The notes under the pieces are model-generated. The model saw only the letters and a program-made list of their open reading frames with translations, was not told the origin of the DNA and searched no databases. Below, in pieces: positions 27,092 through 36,527 of a stretch of 64,000 bases of DNA; the stretch's first letter is position 1, and the number at the start of each line of letters is the position of its first letter. This DNA is from Candidatus Latescibacterota bacterium (GTDB lineage: Bacteria > Latescibacterota > UBA2968 > GCA-2709665): positions 4,256,001 to 4,320,000 of the forward strand of contig OZ242180.1 of the NCBI GenBank assembly GCA_965205485.1. Direction: 5' to 3'. Position numbers and translations under genes: made by a program.

Positions 27092-29089
27092 CTAATAACC
27101 GTGAATATAGTGGCCGCCCTCGGGAAACCAGATCAGGTCCACCAGAAAGGAACATCCAACAGCGAAGACGTAACCGACGATCAGCCCGTAACAGACCGGC
27201 TTTACGCGCCGATACAGGGAAATACCGCCAAAACGCAGGACCATCAGCTTGGCCAGCCACACCAGGAATATATCCAGCACATAAAGCCGGACGTAACCGC
27301 TCGACATCAGCATAACCCCCAGGGGATGAAGCGGCCACCAGGAGAATCGGCTTTGCATCAGCTGTATGGCGCCCGCGGCCAGCCCGCCCAGGAGCCACAC
27401 GCCTATCTTTCCAGGATCGGTCACCTCGGGGTCCGTGTCGGCCACCGCTTTTGCGATACCCTCGTACATGCCTCGCGGCGCGCCGACCAGAGACCACGTG
27501 CGAAACGTGCTGCCGCCTTCCTGGTAGCAGATGGAGACCGTATAGACGATTGCGGCCAGCATGCCCGCAACCAGGCTGACGGCCACGACCCATCCCGTAC
27601 GGCGCGGCCGCCCGGCCAGACGTTCCACGTGAGGAAGCGCCGCCGGCAACCGCCAGCCTGCCAGCAACCTCCAGTTCACCAGACGGAGCCCCACGAGCGT
27701 GGACTCGTTCATCCGGTTCGCGCCCACGGTCATATTCAGGATCGAAGTCGGAAAACTTGGAAACAGATAGGCAAACCCGCTCGCGGCCAGAAATTTCATC
27801 ACAACAAGGATACTCGCCCAGAACAGCAATAGCCAGGACAGGCCGACTGTGACGCTGTATCCCGCCCTGCTCAACCAGAAAACCATATAGATGCCGCCGG
27901 CCAGAATGGCGAACAGGGCCAGTCGAGGAGACAGAATCGCCGTCTCGGGCTCTTCATCGGCTCGCGGCCTCGCGACCTGCCGAAAGACACGCTTCAGGTG
28001 TCCCCTTGCGGCCCAGAGGGTCCAGACCACGAGGCCCATGCTGACGCCGTGCGTGAACAGGCCCAGGATGGTCGACGGCTTGGCCTCCTGCCCCGCCAGG
28101 CCCACCGAGAATCCGACCCGGGACATCGCATACAGGCCCACTTGCCCGGAAAGCCACAACGACCATATGCTGAACAGGATGTCCAGGTCGCACAGGAACG
28201 TAAAGCCAAGAACGGTGGGCAACATCCGGTAGGAGAACGGCTGAAGATAGCGGGACAGTTCGGCGCCTCTGGGCCCGGTCGGACCATAATACGCGTCGAA
28301 AATCGCCAGCCGTGGAAATCCGGGACTCCAATATTCAATCAGATTCCACAGCAGGGGAACGGCTGATATCGCGAAACCTGTCCAGAACAGCCACTGACGC
28401 GCAAACGGAGGCCAGCCACGCTTTCGGTCGAAGCCGTCCGTCAAATCGATCGGCACCTGCGCCAGCGGATAGGTCAGCCGTTCGTGCCGGACCCACTGCT
28501 TCTGAAACACCGCCGTCAGCCCCACCCCGATCGCCGTCATCGCGGCGCCGGCGGACATCGCCCAGAAGACAGGGCCCACCCATGCCCCCCAGGGCACGCC
28601 CGCGCCCTTCTCGATACCCAGGAAAAACCCTTCAGTGACGCCAGGAAAATCCGACGGAAACATCCACCAGGGCAGATAGTCGAATATCAACTCCCGCCAC
28701 CGGTTTTCGGGAGAGGCGTAATACCTGGGGGCCGCCATTGCGCCAACCCACTGCGTAATCCAGTTATATCCTGCAAATGAACCGCCCACCCAGAGCATGC
28801 TCAAGGCCATCCTCAACTCCGCCGACGTCAGGGACAACCAGGGCACGAACCTTTTCAACAGAGCGTTCACCAAAAGCCACGCGACAAAGGGCAGCAACAC
28901 CGCCAGTGGCAGATTCGCCATGGCCATATGTGCGGAGCGAGACCTGAACTCCAGAAACGTCGCCGCGACACAAGCGAAAACCAGCATCGCGACCGAAAGC
29001 GCGATAACGGTTCCGCGCAGTCCCTCCTCGGCTGAGGCCGGAGAATCTTCCGGCAGCGCGATGCGATTGCGGGAATCGGGCTGACTCAT
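27092..29089 (-). CDS. DUF6785/DUF6784-like multi-pass membrane protein (putative transporter)
   Basis: YYASPENRW, VPWGAW, KQWVRHERLTYP, WWPLHPLG, C-terminal GHYIHGY; many TM segments; paralog of 47020-49023 and 49072-51084; start approximate. Confidence 0.75.
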   Translation of the reverse strand: MSQPDSRNRIALPEDSPASAEEGLRGTVIALSVAMLVFACVAATFLEFRSRSAHMAMANLPLAVLLPFVAWLLVNALLKRFVPWLSLTSAELRMALSMLWVGGSFAGYNWITQWVGAMAAPRYYASPENRWRELIFDYLPWWMFPSDFPGVTEGFFLGIEKGAGVPWGAWVGPVFWAMSAGAAMTAIGVGLTAVFQKQWVRHERLTYPLAQVPIDLTDGFDRKRGWPPFARQWLFWTGFAISAVPLLWNLIEYWSPGFPRLAIFDAYYGPTGPRGAELSRYLQPFSYRMLPTVLGFTFLCDLDILFSIWSLWLSGQVGLYAMSRVGFSVGLAGQEAKPSTILGLFTHGVSMGLVVWTLWAARGHLKRVFRQVARPRADEEPETAILSPRLALFAILAGGIYMVFWLSRAGYSVTVGLSWLLLFWASILVVMKFLAASGFAYLFPSFPTSILNMTVGANRMNESTLVGLRLVNWRLLAGWRLPAALPHVERLAGRPRRTGWVVAVSLVAGMLAAIVYTVSICYQEGGSTFRTWSLVGAPRGMYEGIAKAVADTDPEVTDPGKIGVWLLGGLAAGAIQLMQSRFSWWPLHPLGVMLMSSGYVRLYVLDIFLVWLAKLMVLRFGGISLYRRVKPVCYGLIVGYVFAVGCSFLVDLIWFPEGGHYIHGY

Positions 29090-29260
29090 AACATTCTGAA
29101 CCGGATTGGCGTCAACAACCGGACAATGACACGTGCGCCGGAGGAGGTCTCTCAGCACGACCGATGCAGCGCGAAGGCGGACTCGACGGCCGTGAGATAT
29201 GGATGGTTTGCCGTCCGGATTGACTTCGGCACTGCTGGAACGGCGTCCACGGATACACAC

Positions 29261-29295
29261 AAAAAACAGAGGCCGCCCATGCGGGATTCAGCCTC
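29261..29295 (-). terminator. Probable intrinsic terminator after kelch gene
   Basis: GAGGC..GCCTC stem followed by TGTTTTTT on minus strand. Confidence 0.5.
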
Positions 29296-29326
29296 GATTG
29301 CGCTTTATCCTCCAATTTCCGTATGG

Positions 29327-30466
29327 TCAGGGATTGTAGACCAACGCATGCTCGAGATACAGGAACTCCTCGTCCACACCCCCGGCCACGAGTACCCGCC
29401 CGTCGTTCAACAGGGTGGCGGTGGCGCCGCTTCTAATCCTCCCTGCGTCACCGCCGACGAACTGAAAGACCCGCGTATTGGGATCGTAGATCTCCGCATC
29501 GGCCGCCGCACCACCCACGAAGAGCACCGTTCCGTCGCGCAGCCTGGTGGCCGAGTGGCCGAACCTCGGCGTCAGCATATTTCCCGTGTCCCGGAATGAC
29601 GGGACGTCGGGATCGAAAATCTCCGTGCTGCTCACGGGGCTGAACACGCCTCCACCGAACTCGGCGCTGCCGCCGGCCAGCAGCACGCGTCCGTCTTGCA
29701 GCAACGTCGCCGTATGCCCGAATCTGACGACCTGCAGGCTGGCGCCGCCCGGCGCCGTGAACAGGTCGGTGTCCGGATCGAAGCGCTCGGCGAGTCCCCT
29801 GGCGCCGCCCGCGATGAGCACGTCTCCGCTGTTGAGAAGCGTCGCGGTCTGCTGCACGCGCCTGGTACCGACGTTGAGGGACTTTACAATTCGGTCTGTT
29901 TCCGGGTCGTAAATCTCCGCCATGAACGTCAGGTCACCCAGCAACAGCACCTTTCCGTCCCCCAATGCCGTCGCCGAACTCGGACGCTGGATTCTGCTGC
30001 CCGCCGAACTGCCCTCGAAAGAGCCGGAATCGGGATCGTACAGGACCAGTGATTGCCGGCCTCCTCCGGCAATCAGCACCTTGCCCGTGTTCAACAAGGC
30101 GGCCACGTGACCGCTGCGACCTTCAGGCAGGTCGCCTGTTCGCCGGAACCTGCCCGTGGCCGGATCGAAGACCTCCGCGCTCGTCAGCGGTTCCTCGACG
30201 CCTGCGGTAACCACGTGTATCCCTCCGGCCACCAACACGGAACCGTCGGACAGCCGTGTGGCCGTATGATCCCGCCTGGGCTCAACCATGGGGCCGACCG
30301 CGCCAAAGGACCTGGGCGCCACACTGCCCAGCGGCCCCCCTGTTTCGTCGACCCCGCACCCGTACAGAGCCATTCCCACGACGGCGGACCATACGACGGG
30401 AAGAACCCTCCGGCCGCAGACCGGTGGCATAGCGAATCGCGAGCGTGAATGGCAGTTGGTTGTCAT
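29327..30466 (-). CDS. Kelch/galactose-oxidase-type beta-propeller lipoprotein
   Basis: Repeated (H)TATLL.DGrVLvaGG..aEi(y/f)DP units; lipobox-like ALYGC; start uncertain. Confidence 0.85.
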   Translation of the reverse strand: MTTNCHSRSRFAMPPVCGRRVLPVVWSAVVGMALYGCGVDETGGPLGSVAPRSFGAVGPMVEPRRDHTATRLSDGSVLVAGGIHVVTAGVEEPLTSAEVFDPATGRFRRTGDLPEGRSGHVAALLNTGKVLIAGGGRQSLVLYDPDSGSFEGSSAGSRIQRPSSATALGDGKVLLLGDLTFMAEIYDPETDRIVKSLNVGTRRVQQTATLLNSGDVLIAGGARGLAERFDPDTDLFTAPGGASLQVVRFGHTATLLQDGRVLLAGGSAEFGGGVFSPVSSTEIFDPDVPSFRDTGNMLTPRFGHSATRLRDGTVLFVGGAAADAEIYDPNTRVFQFVGGDAGRIRSGATATLLNDGRVLVAGGVDEEFLYLEHALVYNP

Positions 30467-30482
30467 TTACCCTGATCGTCCT

Positions 30483-31352
30483 CTATTCCACCGCCCCGTA
30501 ATGGGGCCCCCAGTCTGCCGCCACCTGCCGCCCGATGCGCTCGGCATCGAGACTGTCCGCTCCATCCAGCGGCGTTGTCCGCCGCGCCCATTCCACGTTC
30601 TGCACCAACTCGGCCTCCGAAAAAACCCCCACAACCGCCGTACCGACCCCGGGAAGCCCCAGCGCGTACCGCAGCGCCGCCTCGTGATCGTGCGGACCGT
30701 GCGCGGCCAGGGCCGAAGGCGCCGGTTTGTCATAGTTCATGTCCAACGCCCCTCCATAGACCTTCATGGCCGCGACGCCAACGTTTTGTTCAAAGGCGAT
30801 CGGGAGTACTTCGTTCTCAAAGTTGTACGTGTATCGGTCCGCGATGTTCATGGCCAGCATCACCACGTCGATTTCGGCTTCCTTCAATACCCGGGCGGTG
30901 CGCCAGGGCGCGTTGTGCGCCGTCACTCCTATAAACCGGGTCCAACCTCGCCGGCGCGCTTCCATGAGGCCCTCGAGCGCGCCATCGGACGCCAGCACCC
31001 TGTCTACGTCACGATTGCCCATGGAATGCACATAGACCAGGTCGACGTGGTCGGTCTGTAGATCTCTCAGGCCTTTCTCCAACATCGCAAGCGCCGAGGC
31101 CGCGTCGTCAGCCGGCGTCTTGGTGACCAGGAAGACTTCGTCCCTGCGGCCGGCCATGACCTGCCCCAGCTGAAGGTGCGCCCGGCCGTAACCTGGCGCG
31201 GTATCGATGAACGTCACGCCATGGTCGATCGCCATGTGGCAGAGCGAAATGGCTTCATCGTCATCCATACCGATTCCACCGGGGGCCGAACCGTAGCCAA
31301 GGACGGGCACACGCACACCGGTTTTGCCCAGTATCCTTTGGGGTAACTGCAT
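30483..31352 (-). CDS. Aldo/keto reductase
   Basis: RILGKTG, IDTAPGYG, LVTK, DLVYVH (complete D/Y/K/H tetrad), AMKV; start uncertain. Confidence 0.9.
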   Translation of the reverse strand: MQLPQRILGKTGVRVPVLGYGSAPGGIGMDDDEAISLCHMAIDHGVTFIDTAPGYGRAHLQLGQVMAGRRDEVFLVTKTPADDAASALAMLEKGLRDLQTDHVDLVYVHSMGNRDVDRVLASDGALEGLMEARRRGWTRFIGVTAHNAPWRTARVLKEAEIDVVMLAMNIADRYTYNFENEVLPIAFEQNVGVAAMKVYGGALDMNYDKPAPSALAAHGPHDHEAALRYALGLPGVGTAVVGVFSEAELVQNVEWARRTTPLDGADSLDAERIGRQVAADWGPHYGAVE

Positions 31353-31523
31353 TGTTTGACGCTTCAATGACGCTGCAACCGGGCCAATCTCAACGGACTG
31401 AGCCATGGCTTTCTCCCGAGAGTGAGGTTCCACACGGCCTTAGCTTCAGGTATTTTAAATATGACGACACAAGGCACGAACTGTCAAATGCAGATGTACC
31501 GGCCGGCTTCCGGCCGGTACCGT

Positions 31524-31859
31524 TCAACCCGTACGCTCTCCACCCATTCTTCGCAGGGAGTCGTACGTATAGATACCCGTATCGTGACCGTCTCCCCACC
31601 TGATCTGTATGGCGTACCGCCCCACCGGTACCACATCCGTAACGTCGGCGGTCGCGTCGCGCTCCTCGGGTGTCAACATGTGCAGTCCCCGTCCCCTGAC
31701 CTGTTGTTCGCGACGGTCCGAACACAGCGCGCAGGGACACCATCTCCGCAACGCGGAAAGTGACAGACTGTCGACGCGGCCTCCCCGCCACTCGATTTCC
31801 ATCTCTCCGGCGTCCCGGTTCACGTCGATGCGTATTGGAATGTCCGTTCTATCGTTCAT
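31524..31859 (-). CDS. DUF971 (gamma-butyrobetaine hydroxylase N-terminal-like) protein
   Basis: LRRWCPCALC, VGRYAIQIRWGDGHDTGIY. Confidence 0.88.
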   Translation of the reverse strand: MNDRTDIPIRIDVNRDAGEMEIEWRGGRVDSLSLSALRRWCPCALCSDRREQQVRGRGLHMLTPEERDATADVTDVVPVGRYAIQIRWGDGHDTGIYTYDSLRRMGGERTG

Positions 31860-32228
31860 TACGCCGCAACCGGCCGGGTAACAATATACCCGCGACCCGT
31901 TTTTCAAGTTTGCGCTTGACTTTTTATATGTCTGTACTAATTTAGTGGTTTATGGCGACAGGTACGTCGACGCGATCGCAGCGAACCGATCGTTCACCTG
32001 CGAAGATCATGCCGTCTCAGCATCTGCCGGGCCGGGCTGAGTGAAGCCGTCGGCCCGGAACCTTTTCCCGTTCCATGGGTATAAAGTGGAAAAGACTCGA
32101 ATCCGTCCATTCTCGCCCTGAGTCGGCCTCCGCGTCCAATCCTCCGGGGTGAGTTCAATCATCCGGAACGAATCGGAACCCGGCGCCCCCACATTTCCAA
32201 TCTATACACAACCCCAGCCAATTGAACA

Positions 32229-32987
32229 ATGAATATCGTTCACCATCGCTTCAGTCATTCGCTTCTGGCACAACTGGCGCGATTTCGTGAGCGCCAGGAG
32301 AGGTTCCTTCGTCTCCTGAAGGATCATCCGACGGGTATTCGGATTTCGGTTCGGTCCAAGAATCCCGATGTGGACCTCAAGCGCGACTACGGTACCCGCT
32401 TTCTGAAGTCGCTGGGTGCGTCCTTTCTCTTCATGCTGGTCACCGTTCTCATCTACCCCGAACACATCCCCACCGTAGTGCTGAACGAACCCCTGGTCGA
32501 CGTCGTCCAGTGGGCGCAGATTCCCGAAACCTCCCAGGCCAAACGTCCGCCGCCGCCGCCGCGGCCTGCCGTGCCGATCGAGGTTGAAGGTGAGGAAATT
32601 CCCGAAGACATCACGATCGAGACGACCGAACTGGACCTCGACGCGCTCCCGCTGGATCTACGCCTCAGGGGCCCGATCGCCACGGGCCCACCCTCCGACG
32701 CCCCGATGGACGAGTTCGACATCGAATACAAACCGCACCCTATCCGCATCGTGGCGCCCGAGTATCCCCGGCAGGCCCATAAGCAGAAGATGGAAGGCAC
32801 CGTAAAGGTCCGTGTGCTTGTGGACAAGCGTGGGCTCGTAGAGAAGGTGGAGGTCGTCAGCGGACCCGAGATCTTTCGAAGCAATGCCATCGCGGCCGCG
32901 CGCCAGTTCCGTTTCCGTCCCGGAAAGCACGAAGGCGAGAAACGCAAGGTCTGGATGGTGATGCCCATCGGTTTTTCCCTCAAGTAA
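32229..32987 (+). CDS. Energy transducer TonB family protein
   Basis: TM anchor, PPPPPRP linker, PEYPRQA..EGTVKVRVLVD..FRFRPG C-terminal domain. Confidence 0.88.
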   Translation: MNIVHHRFSHSLLAQLARFRERQERFLRLLKDHPTGIRISVRSKNPDVDLKRDYGTRFLKSLGASFLFMLVTVLIYPEHIPTVVLNEPLVDVVQWAQIPETSQAKRPPPPPRPAVPIEVEGEEIPEDITIETTELDLDALPLDLRLRGPIATGPPSDAPMDEFDIEYKPHPIRIVAPEYPRQAHKQKMEGTVKVRVLVDKRGLVEKVEVVSGPEIFRSNAIAAARQFRFRPGKHEGEKRKVWMVMPIGFSLK

Positions 32988-33033
32988 ACCCCTTCCCTGT
33001 CCTCCCTTCGTTCCGCGCGTCATCAGCAATCTG

Positions 33034-33798
33034 CTACGGTTCGAGTCCATGTCTCAGGACAAGCTCCTGAAGCAGAATGCCGTATTGTTCCCGCAATCCG
33101 GGTTCCAGCCTGAATGCGGTCTGAAAGGCCTGCCGGGCGTCTTCGTAAAAGCCCTGCGCCGTCAGGACCCGACCCATCAACACGTAATTCGGGGCGTATT
33201 CCGGCGCAAGCTCGGTGGACTTCGCGGTCATGTTCATGGCTTCCTGAAGTTCGCGCCGTTGCAGATGAATCCATCCCAGACCCTGATATGCCTGAACCGT
33301 TTCGGCGTTCACCTCAATCGCGTCCCGATACGCCACGAGGGAGCGCTCGAAATCTCCCATCTTCCCGTGCAGGAAACCCAGGGCCACCCTCACCCCCGAG
33401 TCCGTGGAATCCAGCACTGCGATCCTCTCGCACACCGGAACGGCTGACGCGTAGGCCTCCTGTCTCAGATAAGCGCTCGCGAGCATACGAAGCACACCGA
33501 CATTTGCAGTATCGTGCCGGGCGAGCGCCTCGAGTTTCGCTACTGCGAGTGAATAGTCTCCAGCTTCCATTGCGGCCGCGGCGACGTGCAGTTCGGGCGC
33601 GAGCAGCGTAGCCACGGAATCCGCGGCAATGTACAGACTGTCTTCCAATGCCGGTACAATCGGGTTCGACTCCAGACCCGAGGTGCGCAGCAGGAGTCCG
33701 GAGAGAATGAACGCGATTATCACCGCCTGTTTCGACTGCGTTCTCCCGCGGCAAAGCCGCGTGTTGACCGCATCGTTCAGATCAGAGGTGGAAGGCAT
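33034..33798 (-). CDS. Tetratricopeptide repeat protein
   Basis: Several TPR-like units (ALGFLHGKMG.., AYQGLGWIH.., YVLMGRVL..); N-terminal hydrophobic segment; GGGAGG RBS. Confidence 0.8.
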   Translation of the reverse strand: MPSTSDLNDAVNTRLCRGRTQSKQAVIIAFILSGLLLRTSGLESNPIVPALEDSLYIAADSVATLLAPELHVAAAAMEAGDYSLAVAKLEALARHDTANVGVLRMLASAYLRQEAYASAVPVCERIAVLDSTDSGVRVALGFLHGKMGDFERSLVAYRDAIEVNAETVQAYQGLGWIHLQRRELQEAMNMTAKSTELAPEYAPNYVLMGRVLTAQGFYEDARQAFQTAFRLEPGLREQYGILLQELVLRHGLEP

Positions 33799-33900
33799 CG
33801 TTACCTCCCGCTTTTTCCGTTTGACAGGTGAAAATTGAATTCGTATTTCATGCCGCAACTCGGAATTCCGTTCCAGGCTTCATTCCAGTGAGGTACATCT

Positions 33901-34671
33901 ATGTTGCTTGAAGGCAAGAAAGCACTCGTTACCGGCGCCAGGCGCAGCATTGGGCGGGGGATCGCCCAGGCGCTGGCGGATGCCGGGTGCGACGTGGGCA
34001 TTAACGACGTCGAGCGCGACGCCGATTCCGAGACAACCCTGGACCTCGTTCGGAAGGCGGGACGCGAGACAGCCTATTTCGATGCCGATATCTCGAGCGC
34101 GGAGGCGGTGAATCGGATGTTTGAGAAATTCCTGGATCGCTTCGGCCGCGTCGACATCATGGTCAACAACCCCTACGCTTCCCAGAACCGGCCGTTTCTG
34201 GAAATCACCGAAGCAATCTGGGACCGCACGCTGGACGTATGCCTGAAAGGGTACTTCCTCTGCAGCCAGGCGGCTGCACGAGACATGGCGGAACGTGGCG
34301 AAGGCGGGAGCATTGTAAGCATTTCCTCTGTACACGCGCAGGCCGTCTGGGCAAACGACACCTGCTACGGAACAGCCAAGGCGGGGATCCTGCGGCTGAC
34401 GATGAGCATGGCCTACGAACTGGCGTCCCTTGACATTCGCTGCAACGCGATCCTGCCCGGCTATATGGACACCGAACACGCCTTCGGTCAGCCTCCACCC
34501 GTGCCGGGCAGCGCGCCGGAGCGTCTCAGCGGCTTCATTTCCACGAGGAGGTACGGCACACCGGAAGACATCGGACGCGCCGTCGTCTTCCTCTGCAGCC
34601 CCCACGCCGCGAACATCAACGGCGTCTCGCTGCCGGTGGACGGCGGCCTCCTGCTTACCGGCGTCCCGTAG
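33901..34671 (+). CDS. Short-chain dehydrogenase/reductase
   Basis: TGARRSIGRG, YGTAK, NAILPG, VDGG. Confidence 0.92.
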   Translation: MLLEGKKALVTGARRSIGRGIAQALADAGCDVGINDVERDADSETTLDLVRKAGRETAYFDADISSAEAVNRMFEKFLDRFGRVDIMVNNPYASQNRPFLEITEAIWDRTLDVCLKGYFLCSQAAARDMAERGEGGSIVSISSVHAQAVWANDTCYGTAKAGILRLTMSMAYELASLDIRCNAILPGYMDTEHAFGQPPPVPGSAPERLSGFISTRRYGTPEDIGRAVVFLCSPHAANINGVSLPVDGGLLLTGVP

Positions 34672-34694
34672 GGACAACGATCCCGCCTTCGATG

Positions 34695-35474
34695 CTACTG
34701 CCCGAACTGTTGAGCGAAGGCGATGAAGTCCCCAAAGTCGACACTGTCGTTTCCGTTCAGGTCGAACTTCGCATCGTAGTTCGCATCTCCGTCGCTCCGT
34801 CCGAAATTCTGCGCAAACGCAAGAAAGTCCGAGAAATCCACGTGCCCATTGCCGTCGAAGTCGGCGGACGCCCCTGTCGGCGGCGGTTCAGGGGGAGTTG
34901 GTGGTACCGGCTCGCCTTCCACCCGTTCGAAACCCAGGATAGCCAGCGGCGCTTCCAGACCGAAATTCGCCATGATGGTCGCATATTGAGGGGGAAGCGA
35001 TACAACCTGTACCAGGAACAACGAATCGTCTCTGGCGGTAAAACCGATTGTATCGCTGACCGCCGTTTCTCCTTCCTCAACCGTCGGCGTCAGAATCAAA
35101 CTGGTATCCTCGACACTGAACGCGCCAACATGCTTGAATGTGTCGACAAAAGTACTGTCGATGGTCTGACCCAGCAACGGAATCCTCAGCTTTACCTGTA
35201 CCGATGTGACGTAGTCCGCCTCGTATGTGTCGGTATTCGCTTCCAGTGTCAGTGTACCGGTTACTGTTCCGTCGATGGACTCATCTTCGACCAAACCCAG
35301 CAGGGCGGGTGACGCCCAGACAGGCAATGCCGTCGAGTCCGCCATCCATGCGCCGGCCGGATCACCGCCTTCTCCCTCAGGCTTCGCGGCGCCTGGATCC
35401 ATGAGTTGCGCGTGCCCGATCGCCGGCCATATGAATAGCAATCCAACGATATTCCATCTATAAAAGAAACGCAT
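34695..35474 (-). CDS. Secreted protein with Pro-rich linker and C-terminal EF-hand/dockerin-like domain
   Basis: Signal-peptide-like N-terminus; PPTPPEPPP; DFDGNGHVDFSDFLAFAQNFG and DLNGNDSVDFGDFIAFAQQFG. Confidence 0.8.
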   Translation of the reverse strand: MRFFYRWNIVGLLFIWPAIGHAQLMDPGAAKPEGEGGDPAGAWMADSTALPVWASPALLGLVEDESIDGTVTGTLTLEANTDTYEADYVTSVQVKLRIPLLGQTIDSTFVDTFKHVGAFSVEDTSLILTPTVEEGETAVSDTIGFTARDDSLFLVQVVSLPPQYATIMANFGLEAPLAILGFERVEGEPVPPTPPEPPPTGASADFDGNGHVDFSDFLAFAQNFGRSDGDANYDAKFDLNGNDSVDFGDFIAFAQQFGQ

Positions 35475-35570
35475 AGCGGCCCTCCCCTGGCTTGGCATTA
35501 AATATTCGCAAGACCTGGCGATTCATTCGCGAAGTCACCCTCTGTGGCTGCGCCTTCACCGAATTATCAC

Positions 35571-35599
35571 AAAATAAGTAAATAGACACCTCAAGTCAA
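35571..35599 (-). promoter_or_regulatory. Putative sigma70 promoter
   Basis: TTGACT-17 bp-TATTTT in AT-rich patch upstream of the EF-hand gene. Confidence 0.5.
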
Positions 35600-35645
35600 G
35601 GCACCCGCCCCTGCGCCGGAATACGTTCGGGCGACGCCGAGATTC

Positions 35646-35682
35646 AGGAAAAAGGCCCTTCTGAACGAAGGGCCTTTTTCCT
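35646..35682. terminator. Bidirectional intrinsic terminator
   Basis: Perfect 16-bp stem AGGAAAAAGGCCCTTC-TGAAC-GAAGGGCCTTTTTCCT downstream of the minus-strand run. Confidence 0.8.
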
Positions 35683-35746
35683 TCCCGCGAGCCAGCACGG
35701 TGAATTCTGGGCCGGTCGCGACTCCCGAAAACCGTATCGCTACACT

Positions 35747-36514
35747 TCACCTGGCTTTATCAAACGCCATCATGTCCACAGGTTCAGGACTTTCGAAGAC
35801 GGCACGGGGCAGGTCATCGAAAACCGCCACGTCGGAATGTGCTCTTGTGCCGCGTCCAGCGGAAAGCAGAATCCTTCCGTGCGGCTGCCAGCCGGTCCAC
35901 GGGCCGGTGAAGCGCGGCTTCTCATCTGAAGCGTTTCGGTAGAAGGCCCACTGTTTCACGAGCCTGCGTTCCGTGTCGACGAAGACGTCGTATTTGTTCT
36001 GCGGGGTCACGCCGACGTTTTTGAAAGTAAGCGTCAACACGTACGCGTCCCGCCCATTTTCCATCTTTGTTTCGCCTCCGTACGTCAGCGTCACCCCGGA
36101 ATCCTTAAGCTTGTACGGCATCACGAGCCAATATGAATCGTTGATCCAGGCCCGGTATCCCCGGTCGAGGTATTTTTTCAATGAATCCGCCTCAGCGATT
36201 TCCACCCCGGCCGTCCAGACGCGTCCCTTCCTGCTGTGGACATTCATCAGCGTGATTCGATCGGACTCCTCAAACCGGATGTCGCCGGTCCACCGGTCCC
36301 ATACGTGCAGCCGCCGGCCGAAGAATCTCCACGTCAGGTACCGGGTACGGTCCCAGTTCCCCCGCCCGCCCATCTTCCTCATAACGGCGTCTGCAATCTC
36401 GATCGCCCTCGGGTCCGAACCTTTGGAATCGAAGCCGTCCGCGGGTGGATTCTCGGCAACGGGTGAACACGCGACCGCTAACAGCCATATCAGTAACATG
36501 TGAACCGGTTTCAT
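35747..36514 (-). CDS. Hypothetical lipoprotein
   Basis: Lipobox AVAC; MGGRGNWD, WINDSYWLVMPYKLKDSGV, GVTPQNKY. Confidence 0.7.
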   Translation of the reverse strand: MKPVHMLLIWLLAVACSPVAENPPADGFDSKGSDPRAIEIADAVMRKMGGRGNWDRTRYLTWRFFGRRLHVWDRWTGDIRFEESDRITLMNVHSRKGRVWTAGVEIAEADSLKKYLDRGYRAWINDSYWLVMPYKLKDSGVTLTYGGETKMENGRDAYVLTLTFKNVGVTPQNKYDVFVDTERRLVKQWAFYRNASDEKPRFTGPWTGWQPHGRILLSAGRGTRAHSDVAVFDDLPRAVFESPEPVDMMAFDKAR

Positions 36515-36527
36515 GGGAACTCCGTCT

